DNA from: Candidatus Methylomirabilota bacterium
Lineage (GTDB): Bacteria; Methylomirabilota; Methylomirabilia; Rokubacteriales; CSP1-6
Direction: 5' to 3'
DNA length: 64,000 nt
Assembly: GCA_035315345.1 (NCBI GenBank)
Contig: DATFYA010000021.1
Coordinates: 31,674-95,673 of the forward strand
The position numbers and the translations under genes were made by a program. Positions within the stretch are counted from its first letter, which is position 1. Each line of letters opens with the position of its first letter. Below, in pieces: positions 1-10,358 of the stretch. The notes beneath the pieces were generated by a model that saw only the letters and a list, made by a program, of their open reading frames with translations, was not told where the DNA came from and ran no database searches.

Positions 1-36
1 GGCGGCGTGGCCGGGCAGGATCCCGGCCCCGGCCAT
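1..36 (-). CDS. partial CDS, 5' end only (N-terminus MAGAGILPGHAA...); possibly LpxI/DUF1009-like
   Basis: The reverse complement of 1..36 reads ATG GCC GGG GCC GGG ATC CTG CCC GGC CAC GCC GCC. Its ATG overlaps the stop of the upstream oxidoreductase (ATGA). The Gly-rich AGAGILP stretch resembles the LpxI N-terminus, but only 12 codons are visible. Confidence 0.25.
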   Translation of the reverse strand, partial: MAGAGILPGHAA

Positions 37-1070
37 CAGGCCGAGCGCGCGCTCCACGGGAGATCCTCCGGCCAGGCGGTCTCGCCCCGGCCCTCGCGGA
101 TCATCCGCTCGATCTCCAGGGCGACGGCCAGCGATCGGAGGTCGTCCGCCTCGGGCAGCTCCACCGTGCCGTGGTGACTCGAGGCGGCGCGGGCGGCCGA
201 GATCAGGTGGCGGATCTCCAGCTTCAAGGGATTGTCCTTGTGGACGAGAAGGTGCTCCACGAAGGACGCCTGGCGGTAGCGGATCGACTCGCGGTTGAGC
301 GTGTATTCCTGAGCGGCCCGACGGTGGATCTGGATGTCCTGATGAGAGTAGTCGAGGAGGATGTAGGCGTCGGGCTGGGTGATGGCAAGGGTGCGGATCT
401 TCTCCTCGGTCGCGCGGCTGGCCGTGATGGTGGCCATCGCTCCCGAGTCGAAGACGATCTGCACGGTGGCCACGTCGGTGACCGGCGAGTGCACCGACGA
501 GCCCACCGCGGTGATCTTGCGCGGCTCGCCGTCGACCAGGTTCAGGACGATGTCGATGTCGTGGATCATCAGATCCATGACCACCGAATCGTTCTGCACG
601 CGCGGCACGAACGGCCCGAGCCGGCGCGACTCGATGAGGATCGGCCGCTCCACGATCTTGCGAAGCTCCTGCACCGCCCCGTTGAACCGCTCGACGTGGC
701 CCACGTGGAGCACCCGGTTCTGCTGGCGAGCGAGCCGGAACAGCTCCTTCGCCTCCTCGAGCGTGGAGGTCATCGGCTTCTCCACGAGCACGTGCACGCC
801 GCTCTCGATCAGGTCGCGCGCCACCGCGAAGTGCTGCTCGGTGGGCACCGCCACCGTGGCGAAGTCGATGAGGCCGGCGAGCTCGCGATGATCGCGGAAG
901 GCGCGCGCGCCGTACGGCGCGGCGACCCGCTGGGCCCGATCGAAATCCACGTCCACCACCCCGACCAGCTCCACGTTCCAGATCTCGGCGAGGGCGAGGA
1001 TGTGGTACTGGCCCATGTGGCCGGCGCCCACCACCGCCCCGCGGATCTTGGGCTCGCCGTTCTGGCTCAC
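36..1070 (-). CDS. Gfo/Idh/MocA family NAD(P)-dependent oxidoreductase embedded in the lipid A cluster (GnnA-like position)
   Basis: 344-aa ORF with a GTG start. It has an N-terminal Rossmann motif (VVGAGHMGQYH) and the EKP motif typical of Gfo/Idh/MocA. It sits between lpxA and a putative lpxI, as in many lipid A loci. Confidence 0.8.
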   Translation of the reverse strand: MSQNGEPKIRGAVVGAGHMGQYHILALAEIWNVELVGVVDVDFDRAQRVAAPYGARAFRDHRELAGLIDFATVAVPTEQHFAVARDLIESGVHVLVEKPMTSTLEEAKELFRLARQQNRVLHVGHVERFNGAVQELRKIVERPILIESRRLGPFVPRVQNDSVVMDLMIHDIDIVLNLVDGEPRKITAVGSSVHSPVTDVATVQIVFDSGAMATITASRATEEKIRTLAITQPDAYILLDYSHQDIQIHRRAAQEYTLNRESIRYRQASFVEHLLVHKDNPLKLEIRHLISAARAASSHHGTVELPEADDLRSLAVALEIERMIREGRGETAWPEDLPWSARSA

Positions 1071-1891
1071 GCGATCTCCTCCGGCTCGGCTGGCGCACGC
1101 GCCCGCCCCCCGGCCTCGGCCGCGGGAACGATGCCGTGCCTGGATTGTTCCACGAACTCGACGAGCCGCGCCACCAGGGGATGATCGCCCAGCTCCTCCT
1201 TCACCCGTCGGATCGCCGCGCCGGGGGCCTGCCCGGAGCGGTAGAGGAGCCGGAAGGCCGACTGCACCTGTCGCCGCGAGGCCGCGTCGACGCCGCCGCG
1301 GCGCATGCCGATCACGTTCACCGCGCGGGCGACCGCGGGCGCCCCGTCCACCATGATGAACGGCGGCACGTCCTGCGTGACCTTGGAGCAGCCCCCGATG
1401 TAGGCGTAGGTCCCGATGCGGCCGAACGGGCGGATGCCGGTGAGTCCGCCGATGGTGACGCGGTCCTCGACGGTGATGTGGCCGGTGAGCCCGGCATAGT
1501 TGATGAGGATGACGTGGTCGCCGAGCACGCAGTCGTGGGCGACGTGGCTCGAGGCCATCACCAGGCAGTGGCGGCCCACCACCGTGTCGTGGCCCTCGTG
1601 AGTGGCCCGGTGGATCGTCACGTACTCGCGCACCGCCGAGTCGTCGCCGATGCTGACTCCGACCGGCGTCCCCTCGCGGAACTTCAGGTCCTGGGGCAGC
1701 CCGCCGATGATGGCTCCGTGGCCGATGCGGCAGCGGGCGCCGATCCGGGTGCGGCCCTCCAGCACCACGTGGGCGCCGATCTCGGCGCCGGCCCCGATGG
1801 TGACGTCGCCCCCGATCACCGAGTACGGCCCCACCCGCACGTCGGCGGCGAGCTCCGCGCCGGGATCGATCACCGCGGTGGGATGGATCAC
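1067..1891 (-). CDS. lpxA: acyl-ACP--UDP-N-acetylglucosamine O-acyltransferase LpxA
   Basis: Hexapeptide-repeat protein aligning to LpxA ([14 protein letters not shown]...HRATHEG...). The likely GTG start at 1891 gives about 274 aa and a GTGA overlap with the lpxD stop. The ORF-track start at 2023 is an upstream extension. Confidence 0.9.
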   Translation of the reverse strand: MIHPTAVIDPGAELAADVRVGPYSVIGGDVTIGAGAEIGAHVVLEGRTRIGARCRIGHGAIIGGLPQDLKFREGTPVGVSIGDDSAVREYVTIHRATHEGHDTVVGRHCLVMASSHVAHDCVLGDHVILINYAGLTGHITVEDRVTIGGLTGIRPFGRIGTYAYIGGCSKVTQDVPPFIMVDGAPAVARAVNVIGMRRGGVDAASRRQVQSAFRLLYRSGQAPGAAIRRVKEELGDHPLVARLVEFVEQSRHGIVPAAEAGGRARAPAEPEEIA

Positions 1892-2928
1892 GAGCGCCGC
1901 GCCTCCAGCTCGCGGACCCGCTTCTCGAGGGCGCGGACCCGCTTGATCAGCTCGGGCAGCTGGCCCTCGCCCGCCCAGATGCGCCGCTGGGCCGCGCTGG
2001 GCCGGCTCGGGGTGCCGCTCCACACCTCGCCCGCCGGCACGTCGCTGGGAACGCCGGACTGCGCGGTCAGGATCGCGCCGGCGCCGATCGTCACGTGGTC
2101 GGCGACGCCCACCTGCCCGGCCAGCATCGCGCGGTTGCCGATGCGCGAGGAGCCGGCGACCCCCACCTGGGCGACCAGGATCACGTCTTCGCCCACGTCG
2201 CAGTTGTGGCCGATCTGCACGAGGTTGTCGATCTTGGTCCCGCGACGCACCACGGTCTCCCCGAGAGTGGCCCGGTCGATCGCGCTGTTCGCCCCGATCT
2301 CCACGTCGTCCTCGATGCGGAGCCCTCCCACCTGCGGGATCTTCCGGTGGGCGCGTCCGTCGAACGCGTAGCCGAAGCCGTCGGCGCCCAGCACCGCCCC
2401 CGGATGTACGATCACCCGGTTGCCGACGCGCACGCCTTCGCGGACCACCGCCCGTGGATACAGGCGGACGTCCTCGCCGAGGACCGCGCGGGTCCCCACG
2501 AAGGAGAGCGCCCCCACCTGACTCCGCGGCCCGATCGAGGCTCCCGCCTCCACCACCGCGAACGGGCCGATCGAGACCGAGGCGTCGATGCGCGCGTCGT
2601 CGGCGACGCAGGCGGACGCGTGGATGCCGGGCGGAACCGACGGCGCCGGATGGAACAGCTCGAGCATGGCGATCAGGCCGTGCTGGGGATTATCCACGCG
2701 GAGCAGCGGAGCCGGGAGCCCCGACACGGTGCGCCCCACCAGGAATGCGCCGGCCTGGCTCGATTCGGCCTGCTTCAGGTACCGGGGATCGGTGAGGAAC
2801 GACACGTCGCCCGGCCCCGCCGCCTCCAGCGGGGCGACTCCGGTCACCACGCGCTCGGCGTCTCCTTCCAGCGACGCCCCGAGCGCGTCGGCGAGCCGGC
2901 CGAGCGTGATCGAGACGCCGGCGCTCAC
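1888..2928 (-). CDS. lpxD: UDP-3-O-(3-hydroxyacyl)glucosamine N-acyltransferase LpxD
   Basis: 346 aa, with the LpxD N-terminal domain followed by left-handed beta-helix hexapeptide repeats. It lies in the canonical skp-lpxD-lpxA order. No fabZ lies between lpxD and lpxA here. Confidence 0.9.
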   Translation of the reverse strand: MSAGVSITLGRLADALGASLEGDAERVVTGVAPLEAAGPGDVSFLTDPRYLKQAESSQAGAFLVGRTVSGLPAPLLRVDNPQHGLIAMLELFHPAPSVPPGIHASACVADDARIDASVSIGPFAVVEAGASIGPRSQVGALSFVGTRAVLGEDVRLYPRAVVREGVRVGNRVIVHPGAVLGADGFGYAFDGRAHRKIPQVGGLRIEDDVEIGANSAIDRATLGETVVRRGTKIDNLVQIGHNCDVGEDVILVAQVGVAGSSRIGNRAMLAGQVGVADHVTIGAGAILTAQSGVPSDVPAGEVWSGTPSRPSAAQRRIWAGEGQLPELIKRVRALEKRVRELEARRS

Positions 2929-3504
2929 TTACTTCGGGGCCTTCTTGGTCTGGTCGTCGTAGGCCTTGAGGACGTCCTCGGTGAGATCGGAGTCGCCGGA
3001 CGCGAACAGCACCCCCGCCCGCTGCCGCTCGAGCACCACCGCGTACCCCTTCTCCTTGCCGAGCCGCTGGATCAGCCCGGCCACGTCCTGCAGCACCTTC
3101 TGCAGCAGGGCGTCTTCCTTCTTCTGGAGCTGGGCCTGGAGGTCGTCGACGAGCCGCCGGACGTCGCGGACCTTGCGCTCCAGCGCGTCTTGCTTCTCTC
3201 GTCGCGCCTCGGCGGACAGCAGCTGGCCCTTCTTCTCCAACTCGTCCCGCATCTTTTCGAGCTCGGTCTTGTGGCCGTCGAGCTGGCGCTGCATGGTCGC
3301 CTTGTCCTTCTCCAGCTGCTCGCGGGCGGCCGCGCCCGCCACCGACCGGGCGAGGATCCGCTGGATGTCGACGATCGCCACGCGTCCGTTCGAGGGCGGC
3401 GTCGCCGGGGGGGGGGTCTGGGCCTGCGCCCACCCGGTTCCCCCGACACCCAGCAGCAGCGTCAGGATCGCCGCCGCCCTCCCTACTGCCTTACCTTGCC
3501 CCAT
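2929..3504 (-). CDS. skp: periplasmic chaperone Skp (OmpH)
   Basis: Starts MGQGKAVGRAAAILTLLLGVGGTGWAQA (signal peptide), then a coiled-coil region rich in K/E/Q/L as in OmpH. A GGAGG RBS precedes the ATG at 3504. The ORF-track start at 3963 is an extension. Confidence 0.85.
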   Translation of the reverse strand: MGQGKAVGRAAAILTLLLGVGGTGWAQAQTPPPATPPSNGRVAIVDIQRILARSVAGAAAREQLEKDKATMQRQLDGHKTELEKMRDELEKKGQLLSAEARREKQDALERKVRDVRRLVDDLQAQLQKKEDALLQKVLQDVAGLIQRLGKEKGYAVVLERQRAGVLFASGDSDLTEDVLKAYDDQTKKAPK

Positions 3505-3521
3505 GGTTCCTGCCTCCTCAG

Positions 3522-5798
3522 CTAGAAGGAGGAGCCGGCGGAGAAATTGAACTCGCCGAAGCTCTCTCCCTTTTTCTGGTCGAGCTTGATCCCGTAATCG
3601 ATGCGAATCGGCCCAAACGGCGAGTTCCATCTTAACCCGGCCCCGACCCCGTACCGAAGATCCGAGAGGTCGATCTTCGTTCCGGCCGAGATGTCGGGGC
3701 CCCACACCTGACCGATGTCGGTGAAGACCGCGGCCTTGAGGCCGAACACGAGGGGGATCTGGTACTCGACGCTGAACAGCAGCTCGCTGTTGCCGCCGAT
3801 CCGGGTACCGGTGCTGTCCTTCGGGGACACCTGCAGTGACTTGAACTGCCGCAGGGAGTTCGAGCCGCCCAGGTAGAAGCGCTCGAACAGCGGGACCGGC
3901 TCGTTGCTCCAGCCGAGGGAATAGCCGGCCAGGAGGCGGTAGCTCAACACGTGGTTGAGCCACGGCAGCGGCTGGAAGTAGCTGGACGAGACCACGCTCC
4001 GGATGAACTGCTCGCCGAAGCCCACCCCGCCGAAGTCGAACCCGAAGACGGACAGGCCGCCGCGGGTGGGATCGAAGACGTTGTCGCGGGTGTCGCGCGT
4101 GAAGTTCACGCCGATCAGGGACGTGAGATGGGTACCTTCCTGCGACAGCAGCTCGGGGCTGCCCAGCGGGTTCACGTCGCTGACCCGGTCCTCGCTGACC
4201 CGGTAGGTGGCGTTCCAGCGGGAGTACTCCCCGAAGGGATGCCCGAGCCGGATGTCGCCGCCCAGGGAGTTGACGGTGTAGTCGGGGAGGATCCGGCGCG
4301 TGTTGAAGAGATCGAAGCCGGCGGCGAGCGGGCGATCGAAGAGCCAGGGCTCGGTGAAGCCGATCGTCCCGGTCTGGATATTCTCGCCGCCCCGGATGCG
4401 CAGGAACACCTCCCAGCCCTTGCCGAGGAAGTTGCGCTGCGAGAGGTCGAGGGTGCCGAGGACGCCGTCCTGGGAGCTGTAGCCGCCGCCGATCGAGAAG
4501 AGGCCGGTCGGCTTCTCGGTCACGTCGATGTTGACGATGATCTTGTCCTTGGAGGACCCGGGCGCGGTCTTGGCCTCGACCTTGTCGAAGTAGTTGAGGT
4601 TGGTCAGCCGCTGCTTGGCTCGCGCGAGCTTCTGGCTCGTGAAGAGGTCGCCCTCGGCCATCGGGATCTCACGCCGGAGGATCTTCTCCTCGCTCCGGGT
4701 ATTGCCCGCGATGTTGATCCGCTCGACGTACGTCTCGGGGCCCTCCGAGATCTCGAAGGTGACGTTGATGACCCGCCCCGGAGTGTCCTGGGTGGTGTTG
4801 GGCGTCACGTCGGCGGAGGCGCGCCCGATCGCGCTGTAGAGGTCGGCGACCCCCTTGACGCTGTCCCGCAGCTTGGTGCGGGAGAACACGTCACCGGTCC
4901 GGAACTCGATCCGCTTCCGGATCTCCTCCTGGGGCAGCACCGAGTTGCCGGTCACGTCCACGCCGCCCACCTTGAACTGGGGCCCCTCCACCACCACCAC
5001 CCGGATGGTGGCGCGGGCGTTCACCCGGTCCACGTTGATCTCCGACTTCTCCACCCGCGCCTGCACGTAGCCGTAGTCGTTGTAGAGCTGGATGATCCGG
5101 TCCACGTCCTCGTCGAGCCGCTGGCGCTGAACCGTCCCCCGCAGGACGATGTACTCTCGCTCCTGGGTCTCCATGACCCGCTTGACTTCCTTGGGGGTGA
5201 GCCCCTGCGCGCCCTCGATCACGATCTGGTCGATGCTGATGCGGCGGCCTTCGGCGATACGGAAGGTGATGGTCACGTCCCCGTCGGGCAGCTTCTCGAC
5301 GTCGGGGGTGATGCCGACCTCGAAGTAGCCTTCCTGCTCGTAGAACTCCTTCAGCTTGTCGGCGGCCCGGTTGACCTCCACCGGGTTGTACACGCTGCCG
5401 AGCTTCAGATCGATCTTCTCCTGAAGGGTGGCCGAGTCCTGTTTCTTGTTGCCGGCGAAGAGGATGTCGCGGATGAACGGGCGTTCCGCCACCACGTAGA
5501 CCAGCTTGACGCCGCCTTCGAAGTCCTCGACCTTCACCTGGACGTCGTCGAAGAAGCCGAGGGCGAAGATGGCTCGGATGTCCTCGGCGGTCCGGCTGGC
5601 TGCGAAGGGTGTGCCGATCTTGGCCCCGACCCGGCCCAGGATCACCGCCTCCTGGACGCGGCGGTTCCCCTGGACCGCGATCTCCTTGATGATGATCGGC
5701 TTGTCAGCGGGAGCGGGGACCTGGGCGAGTGCCGCGAACGGCCCTAGAAGGATCGCAAAAAAAATGGAGAGAGCGTATCTCCCCCGAGCGGTCATCAA
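3522..5798 (-). CDS. bamA: outer membrane protein assembly factor BamA
   Basis: 758 aa with a signal peptide, POTRA repeats and an Omp85 beta-barrel. It ends in the aromatic C-terminal signature (...FNFSAGSSF). Confidence 0.95.
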   Translation of the reverse strand: MMTARGRYALSIFFAILLGPFAALAQVPAPADKPIIIKEIAVQGNRRVQEAVILGRVGAKIGTPFAASRTAEDIRAIFALGFFDDVQVKVEDFEGGVKLVYVVAERPFIRDILFAGNKKQDSATLQEKIDLKLGSVYNPVEVNRAADKLKEFYEQEGYFEVGITPDVEKLPDGDVTITFRIAEGRRISIDQIVIEGAQGLTPKEVKRVMETQEREYIVLRGTVQRQRLDEDVDRIIQLYNDYGYVQARVEKSEINVDRVNARATIRVVVVEGPQFKVGGVDVTGNSVLPQEEIRKRIEFRTGDVFSRTKLRDSVKGVADLYSAIGRASADVTPNTTQDTPGRVINVTFEISEGPETYVERINIAGNTRSEEKILRREIPMAEGDLFTSQKLARAKQRLTNLNYFDKVEAKTAPGSSKDKIIVNIDVTEKPTGLFSIGGGYSSQDGVLGTLDLSQRNFLGKGWEVFLRIRGGENIQTGTIGFTEPWLFDRPLAAGFDLFNTRRILPDYTVNSLGGDIRLGHPFGEYSRWNATYRVSEDRVSDVNPLGSPELLSQEGTHLTSLIGVNFTRDTRDNVFDPTRGGLSVFGFDFGGVGFGEQFIRSVVSSSYFQPLPWLNHVLSYRLLAGYSLGWSNEPVPLFERFYLGGSNSLRQFKSLQVSPKDSTGTRIGGNSELLFSVEYQIPLVFGLKAAVFTDIGQVWGPDISAGTKIDLSDLRYGVGAGLRWNSPFGPIRIDYGIKLDQKKGESFGEFNFSAGSSF

Positions 5799-5819
5799 GG
5801 ACTTGAGTTCGTCTGTCGT

Positions 5820-8267
5820 TCAGTGTTCCGCCAGCGCCAGCCGGGGCTCGGCCACCGGGACCTCGCGGAAGACGAGATCCTGCCCCTGGGCGTCCACCTC
5901 GATTCGCGCGCCGTCGCCGAACTGCCCGCGGACGATCGCCTCGGCGAGGGGATCCTCGATGTGCTTCTGGATCGTGCGGCGGAGCTGCCGAGCGCCGTAG
6001 GTCGCGTCGTACCCCTTCTCGACCAGCAGGTCGAGGGCGGCCTCGGTGGGCTCGATCTGGATGCTCTTCTCGCCGAGCTGGGTGTTGATCCGGCTGATCA
6101 TCATGCGGACGATGCTCGTGATGTCTTCCTTGCTCAGCGCGTGGAAGACGATCGTGTCGTCGATCCGGTTGATGAACTCGGGCCGGAAGGCCCGCTTCAG
6201 CTCCTCGAGCACCCGCTCCTTCATCTTGTCGTGCGTGCTGTCTTCGCCCTCGGGCAGGAAGCCCGGCGATACCCGCTTGCCGATGAAGCTGGTGCCGAGG
6301 TTGGAGGTCATGATCAGGATCGTGTTCTTGAAGTCCACCACGTGCCCGACCGAGTCGGTGAGCCGGCCGTCGTCGAGGACCTGCAGCAGCATGTTGAACA
6401 CGTCCGGGTGCGCCTTCTCGATCTCGTCGAACAGCACCACCGAGTAGGGCCGGCGGCGGACCTTCTCGGTCAGGAAGCCGCCCTCTTCGTAGCCCACGTA
6501 GCCGGGAGGCGCCCCGAGCAGGCGCGACACCGAGAACTTCTCCATGTACTCGGACATGTCGACCCGGATCAGGGCGTTCTCGTCGCCGAAGAGGTACTCG
6601 GCGAGGGTCCGGGCCAGCTCGGTCTTCCCCACCCCGGTGGGGCCCAGGAAGATGAACGAGCCGACCGGTCGGCGGCTGTCCTTGAGGCCGGCCCGCGAAC
6701 GGCGGATGGCCCGCGAGACCGCGGCGACCGCGTCGCCCTGGCCCACGATGCGCCCGTGGAGGGCCTCCTCCATGCGGGCCAGCTTGGCCGACTCCTTCTC
6801 CTCGAGCTTGGAGAGCGGGATGCCGGTCCACCGGGAGACGATGTACTCGATGTCCTCCTCGGCCACCGTCTGGGGTCCCTTGCCCTTGCGCTTGTCCCAC
6901 TCGCGCTTCATGTCCTCGTCGCGGCCCCGTAGCAGCTTCTCCTTCTCGCGAAGGGACGCCGCCTTCTCGAACTCCTGAGCCTCGAGGTACATGTCCTTCT
7001 CGCGCACCACCCGCTCGACCTCCTTGCCCAGCTCCTTGATCTCGGGGGGCGGGGTGAGGGCCATGAGACGGGTGCGGGACGACGCCTCGTCGATGACGTC
7101 GATGGCCTTGTCCGGGAGCTGGCGATCCGTGATGTAGCGGTCGGCCAGCTTCACCGCCGCGTCGATCGCGCCGTCCGTGATCTTCACGCGGTGATGCGCC
7201 TCGTACTTGTGGCGGAGCCCCTTGATGATCTCGACGGCCTCGGTGACGGACGGCGCCCGCACGATGACCGGCTGGAAGCGACGCTCGAGCGCGCCGTCCT
7301 TCTCGATGTACTTCCGGTACTCGTCCAGCGTGGTCGCGCCGATGGTCTGGATCTCCCCGCGCGACAGGGCCGGCTTCAGCATGTTCGACGCGTCGATGGC
7401 GCCCTCGGCGGCTCCCGCCCCGATCAGGGTGTGCAGCTCGTCCAGGAAGAGCACCACGTTCTCGGACTGGCGGATCTCCTTCATCACCGCCTTGAGCCGC
7501 TCCTCGAACTGGCCGCGGTACTTGGTGCCGGCGACCAGCGCACCCAGGTCCAGCTGGAGCAGGCGCTTCTGGGCCAGCACGTCCGGGACCTCGTGGCCGA
7601 CGATGCGCTGGGCGAGACCTTCGACGATCGCGGTCTTGCCCACGCCGGGCTCGCCGATCAGGACCGGATTGTTCTTGGTGCGGCGGGCGAGGATCTGGAT
7701 GACCCGCTCGATCTCGGTCTCGCGGCCGATCACCGGATCGAGCTTGTTCTCACGGGCGAGCTGGGTGAGATCCCGGGCGAACTCGTCGAGCACCGGCGTC
7801 TGGGAGCGCTTCTTCGGGCGCGGGTAGTACTGGTCGCCAAGGAGTGCCAGGGTCTCCTGCCGGACCTCGTCCAGGCGGGCGCCGAGGGACTCGAGGATCT
7901 TGGCCGCGATCGACTGGCCTTCCTTCATGAGCCCCAGCAGCAGATGCTCGGTCCCGATGTAGTTGTGGCCGAGCTGGCGCGCTTCCTCGATCGACAGCTC
8001 GAGCACGCGCTTGGCCTGCGGGGTGAACGGCACCTCACCGAACGTCAGCGTCTTGGGGAAGCCGGCCAGTGCGCGCTCGACCTCGGCCTTGACGGTCTCG
8101 AGACGGAGCCCCAGCCGCTGCAGCACGGCGGTGGCGATGCCCTCCCCGTCGCGGATGAGCCCCAGCAGAATGTGTTCCGTTCCGACGAAGTCGTGACGGA
8201 ACCGACCCGCCTCTTCCCTGGCCAGGATGATGACCCGACGCGCCCGTTCTGTGAATCGCTCGAACAC
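5820..8267 (-). CDS. clpC: ATP-dependent Clp protease ATP-binding subunit ClpC
   Basis: 815 aa. It has double Clp-N repeats, two AAA+ modules with Walker A motifs ([16 protein letters not shown]), a UVR-like linker and a ClpB-D2-small domain. The start is GTG. Confidence 0.9.
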   Translation of the reverse strand: MFERFTERARRVIILAREEAGRFRHDFVGTEHILLGLIRDGEGIATAVLQRLGLRLETVKAEVERALAGFPKTLTFGEVPFTPQAKRVLELSIEEARQLGHNYIGTEHLLLGLMKEGQSIAAKILESLGARLDEVRQETLALLGDQYYPRPKKRSQTPVLDEFARDLTQLARENKLDPVIGRETEIERVIQILARRTKNNPVLIGEPGVGKTAIVEGLAQRIVGHEVPDVLAQKRLLQLDLGALVAGTKYRGQFEERLKAVMKEIRQSENVVLFLDELHTLIGAGAAEGAIDASNMLKPALSRGEIQTIGATTLDEYRKYIEKDGALERRFQPVIVRAPSVTEAVEIIKGLRHKYEAHHRVKITDGAIDAAVKLADRYITDRQLPDKAIDVIDEASSRTRLMALTPPPEIKELGKEVERVVREKDMYLEAQEFEKAASLREKEKLLRGRDEDMKREWDKRKGKGPQTVAEEDIEYIVSRWTGIPLSKLEEKESAKLARMEEALHGRIVGQGDAVAAVSRAIRRSRAGLKDSRRPVGSFIFLGPTGVGKTELARTLAEYLFGDENALIRVDMSEYMEKFSVSRLLGAPPGYVGYEEGGFLTEKVRRRPYSVVLFDEIEKAHPDVFNMLLQVLDDGRLTDSVGHVVDFKNTILIMTSNLGTSFIGKRVSPGFLPEGEDSTHDKMKERVLEELKRAFRPEFINRIDDTIVFHALSKEDITSIVRMMISRINTQLGEKSIQIEPTEAALDLLVEKGYDATYGARQLRRTIQKHIEDPLAEAIVRGQFGDGARIEVDAQGQDLVFREVPVAEPRLALAEH

Positions 8268-8427
8268 TGTGGGTGACCTCTCTACTTCGGGTTATGTGCG
8301 GCAGGGGCAACATTTGCCCCGATGTTTCCTAAACCTGCGATCAGTATATGCCTTCGGTTTCAACCGGCCTAGGGAATTCTTGAATGGCCGCCCGTGACTT
8401 CGCTGCAACCCATTGAAACAGGTGGGG

Positions 8428-9120
8428 TCACGGCCAGGCCACCGCCCGGCCGTCGACGAGGCGGTAGCCGCGGTCGGCCTTCCGGGCCAGCTCATGGTTG
8501 TGCGTCGCGATCACGAAGGCCAGCTGGCGCTCGGCCTGAAGCCGCAGGAAGAGATCCCAGATGACTTCGCTGGTCTTGGGATCGAGATTTCCCGTCGGCT
8601 CGTCGGCGAGGATCACCCGTGGTCGGCCCACCAGGGCGCGGGCGACGGCGACGCGCTGCTGCTCGCCGCCCGACAGCTCACCCGGCCGGTGCCCCCGGCG
8701 GTCGCCCAGACCCACCTCGTGCAGCGCGGCCGCGGCGCGCTCGCGCGCCTCCGGGACGCTCGCCCGCTGGATCAGCGCGGGCAGCATGGCGTTCTCGAGC
8801 GCGGTCATCTCCCCGAGGAGGTTGTAGAACTGGAACACGAAGCCGATCTCGGTCCGGCGCAGGCGCGCCAGCGCCGCGTCCGACCAGCCTGCGACGTCCT
8901 GGCCGTCGAACAGCACGCGTCCCGCGGTAGGGCGGTCCAGCGTGCCGAGCAGATGCAGCAGGGTGGACTTCCCCGTCCCGGATGCCCCGATGAGCGCGAT
9001 GCTCTCGCCCGCGTTCACGGTCAGGCTCACCCCGCGCAGGACCCGGACGGCCTCCGGGCCCATGTGGTACTCGCGCTCGACCTCGTCGGCGATGAGCAGC
9101 GGCTCACTCACGGCGGTCAT
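8428..9120 (-). CDS. lolD: lipoprotein-releasing ABC transporter ATP-binding protein LolD
   Basis: 230 aa with Walker A (GASGTGKST), the ABC signature ([15 protein letters not shown]) and Walker B ([11 protein letters not shown]). It lies directly downstream of the permease gene. Confidence 0.85.
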   Translation of the reverse strand: MTAVSEPLLIADEVEREYHMGPEAVRVLRGVSLTVNAGESIALIGASGTGKSTLLHLLGTLDRPTAGRVLFDGQDVAGWSDAALARLRRTEIGFVFQFYNLLGEMTALENAMLPALIQRASVPEARERAAAALHEVGLGDRRGHRPGELSGGEQQRVAVARALVGRPRVILADEPTGNLDPKTSEVIWDLFLRLQAERQLAFVIATHNHELARKADRGYRLVDGRAVAWP

Positions 9121-10358
9121 TCGTAGCGCAGCACGTCGACCGGGTCCAGCCGGGCCGCCCGCCGCGCCGGGGACAGCGTCGCGAGGAACGAGATCACGAG
9201 GGTCGCGCCCACGATCATCGCAAAGTCGGAGCCGGTCAGCTTCATGGGCAGGTAGCTGATCTGGTACACGTCGCCGGCGAGCCGGATGATCTTGTAGGTG
9301 TTCTGGACCCAGATCAGCAGCAGCCCGAAGGCGCTGCCCGCGATGGTCCCCACCAGCCCGATCAGCATGCCGACCACCAGGAAGACCGCAGCGATGCTGC
9401 CGGCTCCCGCGCCCATGGCCTTGAGGATCCCGATCTCCTTTCGCTTCTCGGCCACCAGCAGCACCAGATGACCGATGATCGCGAACGCGGCCACCAGCAC
9501 GATGATGGTGACGATGACGAAGAGGGCGAGCTTCTCGAGCTGCAGGGCCGCGAACAGGTTGCGGTTCATGTCCATCCAGTCGCGGATCCAGTAGGCGCCG
9601 TTCAGGCGGGTGGCCAAGAGGCGGCCCACCTCCTTGGCCTGGAACGGGTTGGCGAGCTTCACCTCGATGCCGGTCACCCGGTCGCCCAGCCCCGCGAACT
9701 CCTGGGCGGCCGCGAGCGTCGTGTAGGCCAGGGAGATGTCGTACTCGTACATGCCGACCTCGACGTAGCCCGCGACGAGGAAGCGGCGCATCTTGGGCAC
9801 GAGGCCGACTGCGGTCATCGCGCCCTGGGGCGAGATCACCGTGACGTGGTCACCCGCCACCACCCCGAGGCTCCGGGCCAGCTCCCGCCCGAGGAGGAGC
9901 GCCGGCTCCTTGCCGCTCACGAGCGGCTCGACGCTGCCGTGGCGGACCTGGCCCGCGAGGGCGCTGCGTATGGCGGGCGTCGCCAGATCCACGCCGCGCA
10001 GCAAGCCGCCGGTCGCGCCACCTCCCGGCGAGGTGAACAGCGCCTGCTGGAGCACGAAGGGCGTGGCCGAGACCACTCCGGGCACCGGGGCCACGCGCTC
10101 GGCGAGCGCTCCCCCGTTGCCGACGCCGCGGCCTCCCGCCTCCATGATCAGCACGTGCGGGTTGGCCGCGATGATCTTGTCCCGGATGCCGTCCTGGAAG
10201 CCGGTCATCACCGCCAGCACCACGATGAGGGCGCTGACTCCCAGGAAGACGCCGCCGATCCCGATCCACACGAAGAGCGAGAGATTGGCGCGGTGGCCGC
10301 GGGGCCGCAGATAGCGGAGCCCGAGGAACAGCTCGAAAGGGATGCGGCGATAGGACAT
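9117..10358 (-). CDS. lolE: lipoprotein-releasing system permease LolC/E (FtsX family)
   Basis: Begins [17 protein letters not shown], then a MacB-like periplasmic domain and a C-terminal FtsX 4-TM region ending VLRYE. Its ATG overlaps the lysS stop (ATGA) at about 10358. The 787-aa ORF-track call includes a spurious upstream extension. Confidence 0.85.
   Translation of the reverse strand: MSYRRIPFELFLGLRYLRPRGHRANLSLFVWIGIGGVFLGVSALIVVLAVMTGFQDGIRDKIIAANPHVLIMEAGGRGVGNGGALAERVAPVPGVVSATPFVLQQALFTSPGGGATGGLLRGVDLATPAIRSALAGQVRHGSVEPLVSGKEPALLLGRELARSLGVVAGDHVTVISPQGAMTAVGLVPKMRRFLVAGYVEVGMYEYDISLAYTTLAAAQEFAGLGDRVTGIEVKLANPFQAKEVGRLLATRLNGAYWIRDWMDMNRNLFAALQLEKLALFVIVTIIVLVAAFAIIGHLVLLVAEKRKEIGILKAMGAGAGSIAAVFLVVGMLIGLVGTIAGSAFGLLLIWVQNTYKIIRLAGDVYQISYLPMKLTGSDFAMIVGATLVISFLATLSPARRAARLDPVDVLRYE

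Noticed and set aside
8380-8430. Terminator for lolD from the inverted repeat GGCCGCCCGTGAC...GTCACGGCC.
   Set aside because: The stem is separated by a loop of about 29 nt and no U-tract follows on the minus strand. It is not a convincing intrinsic terminator.
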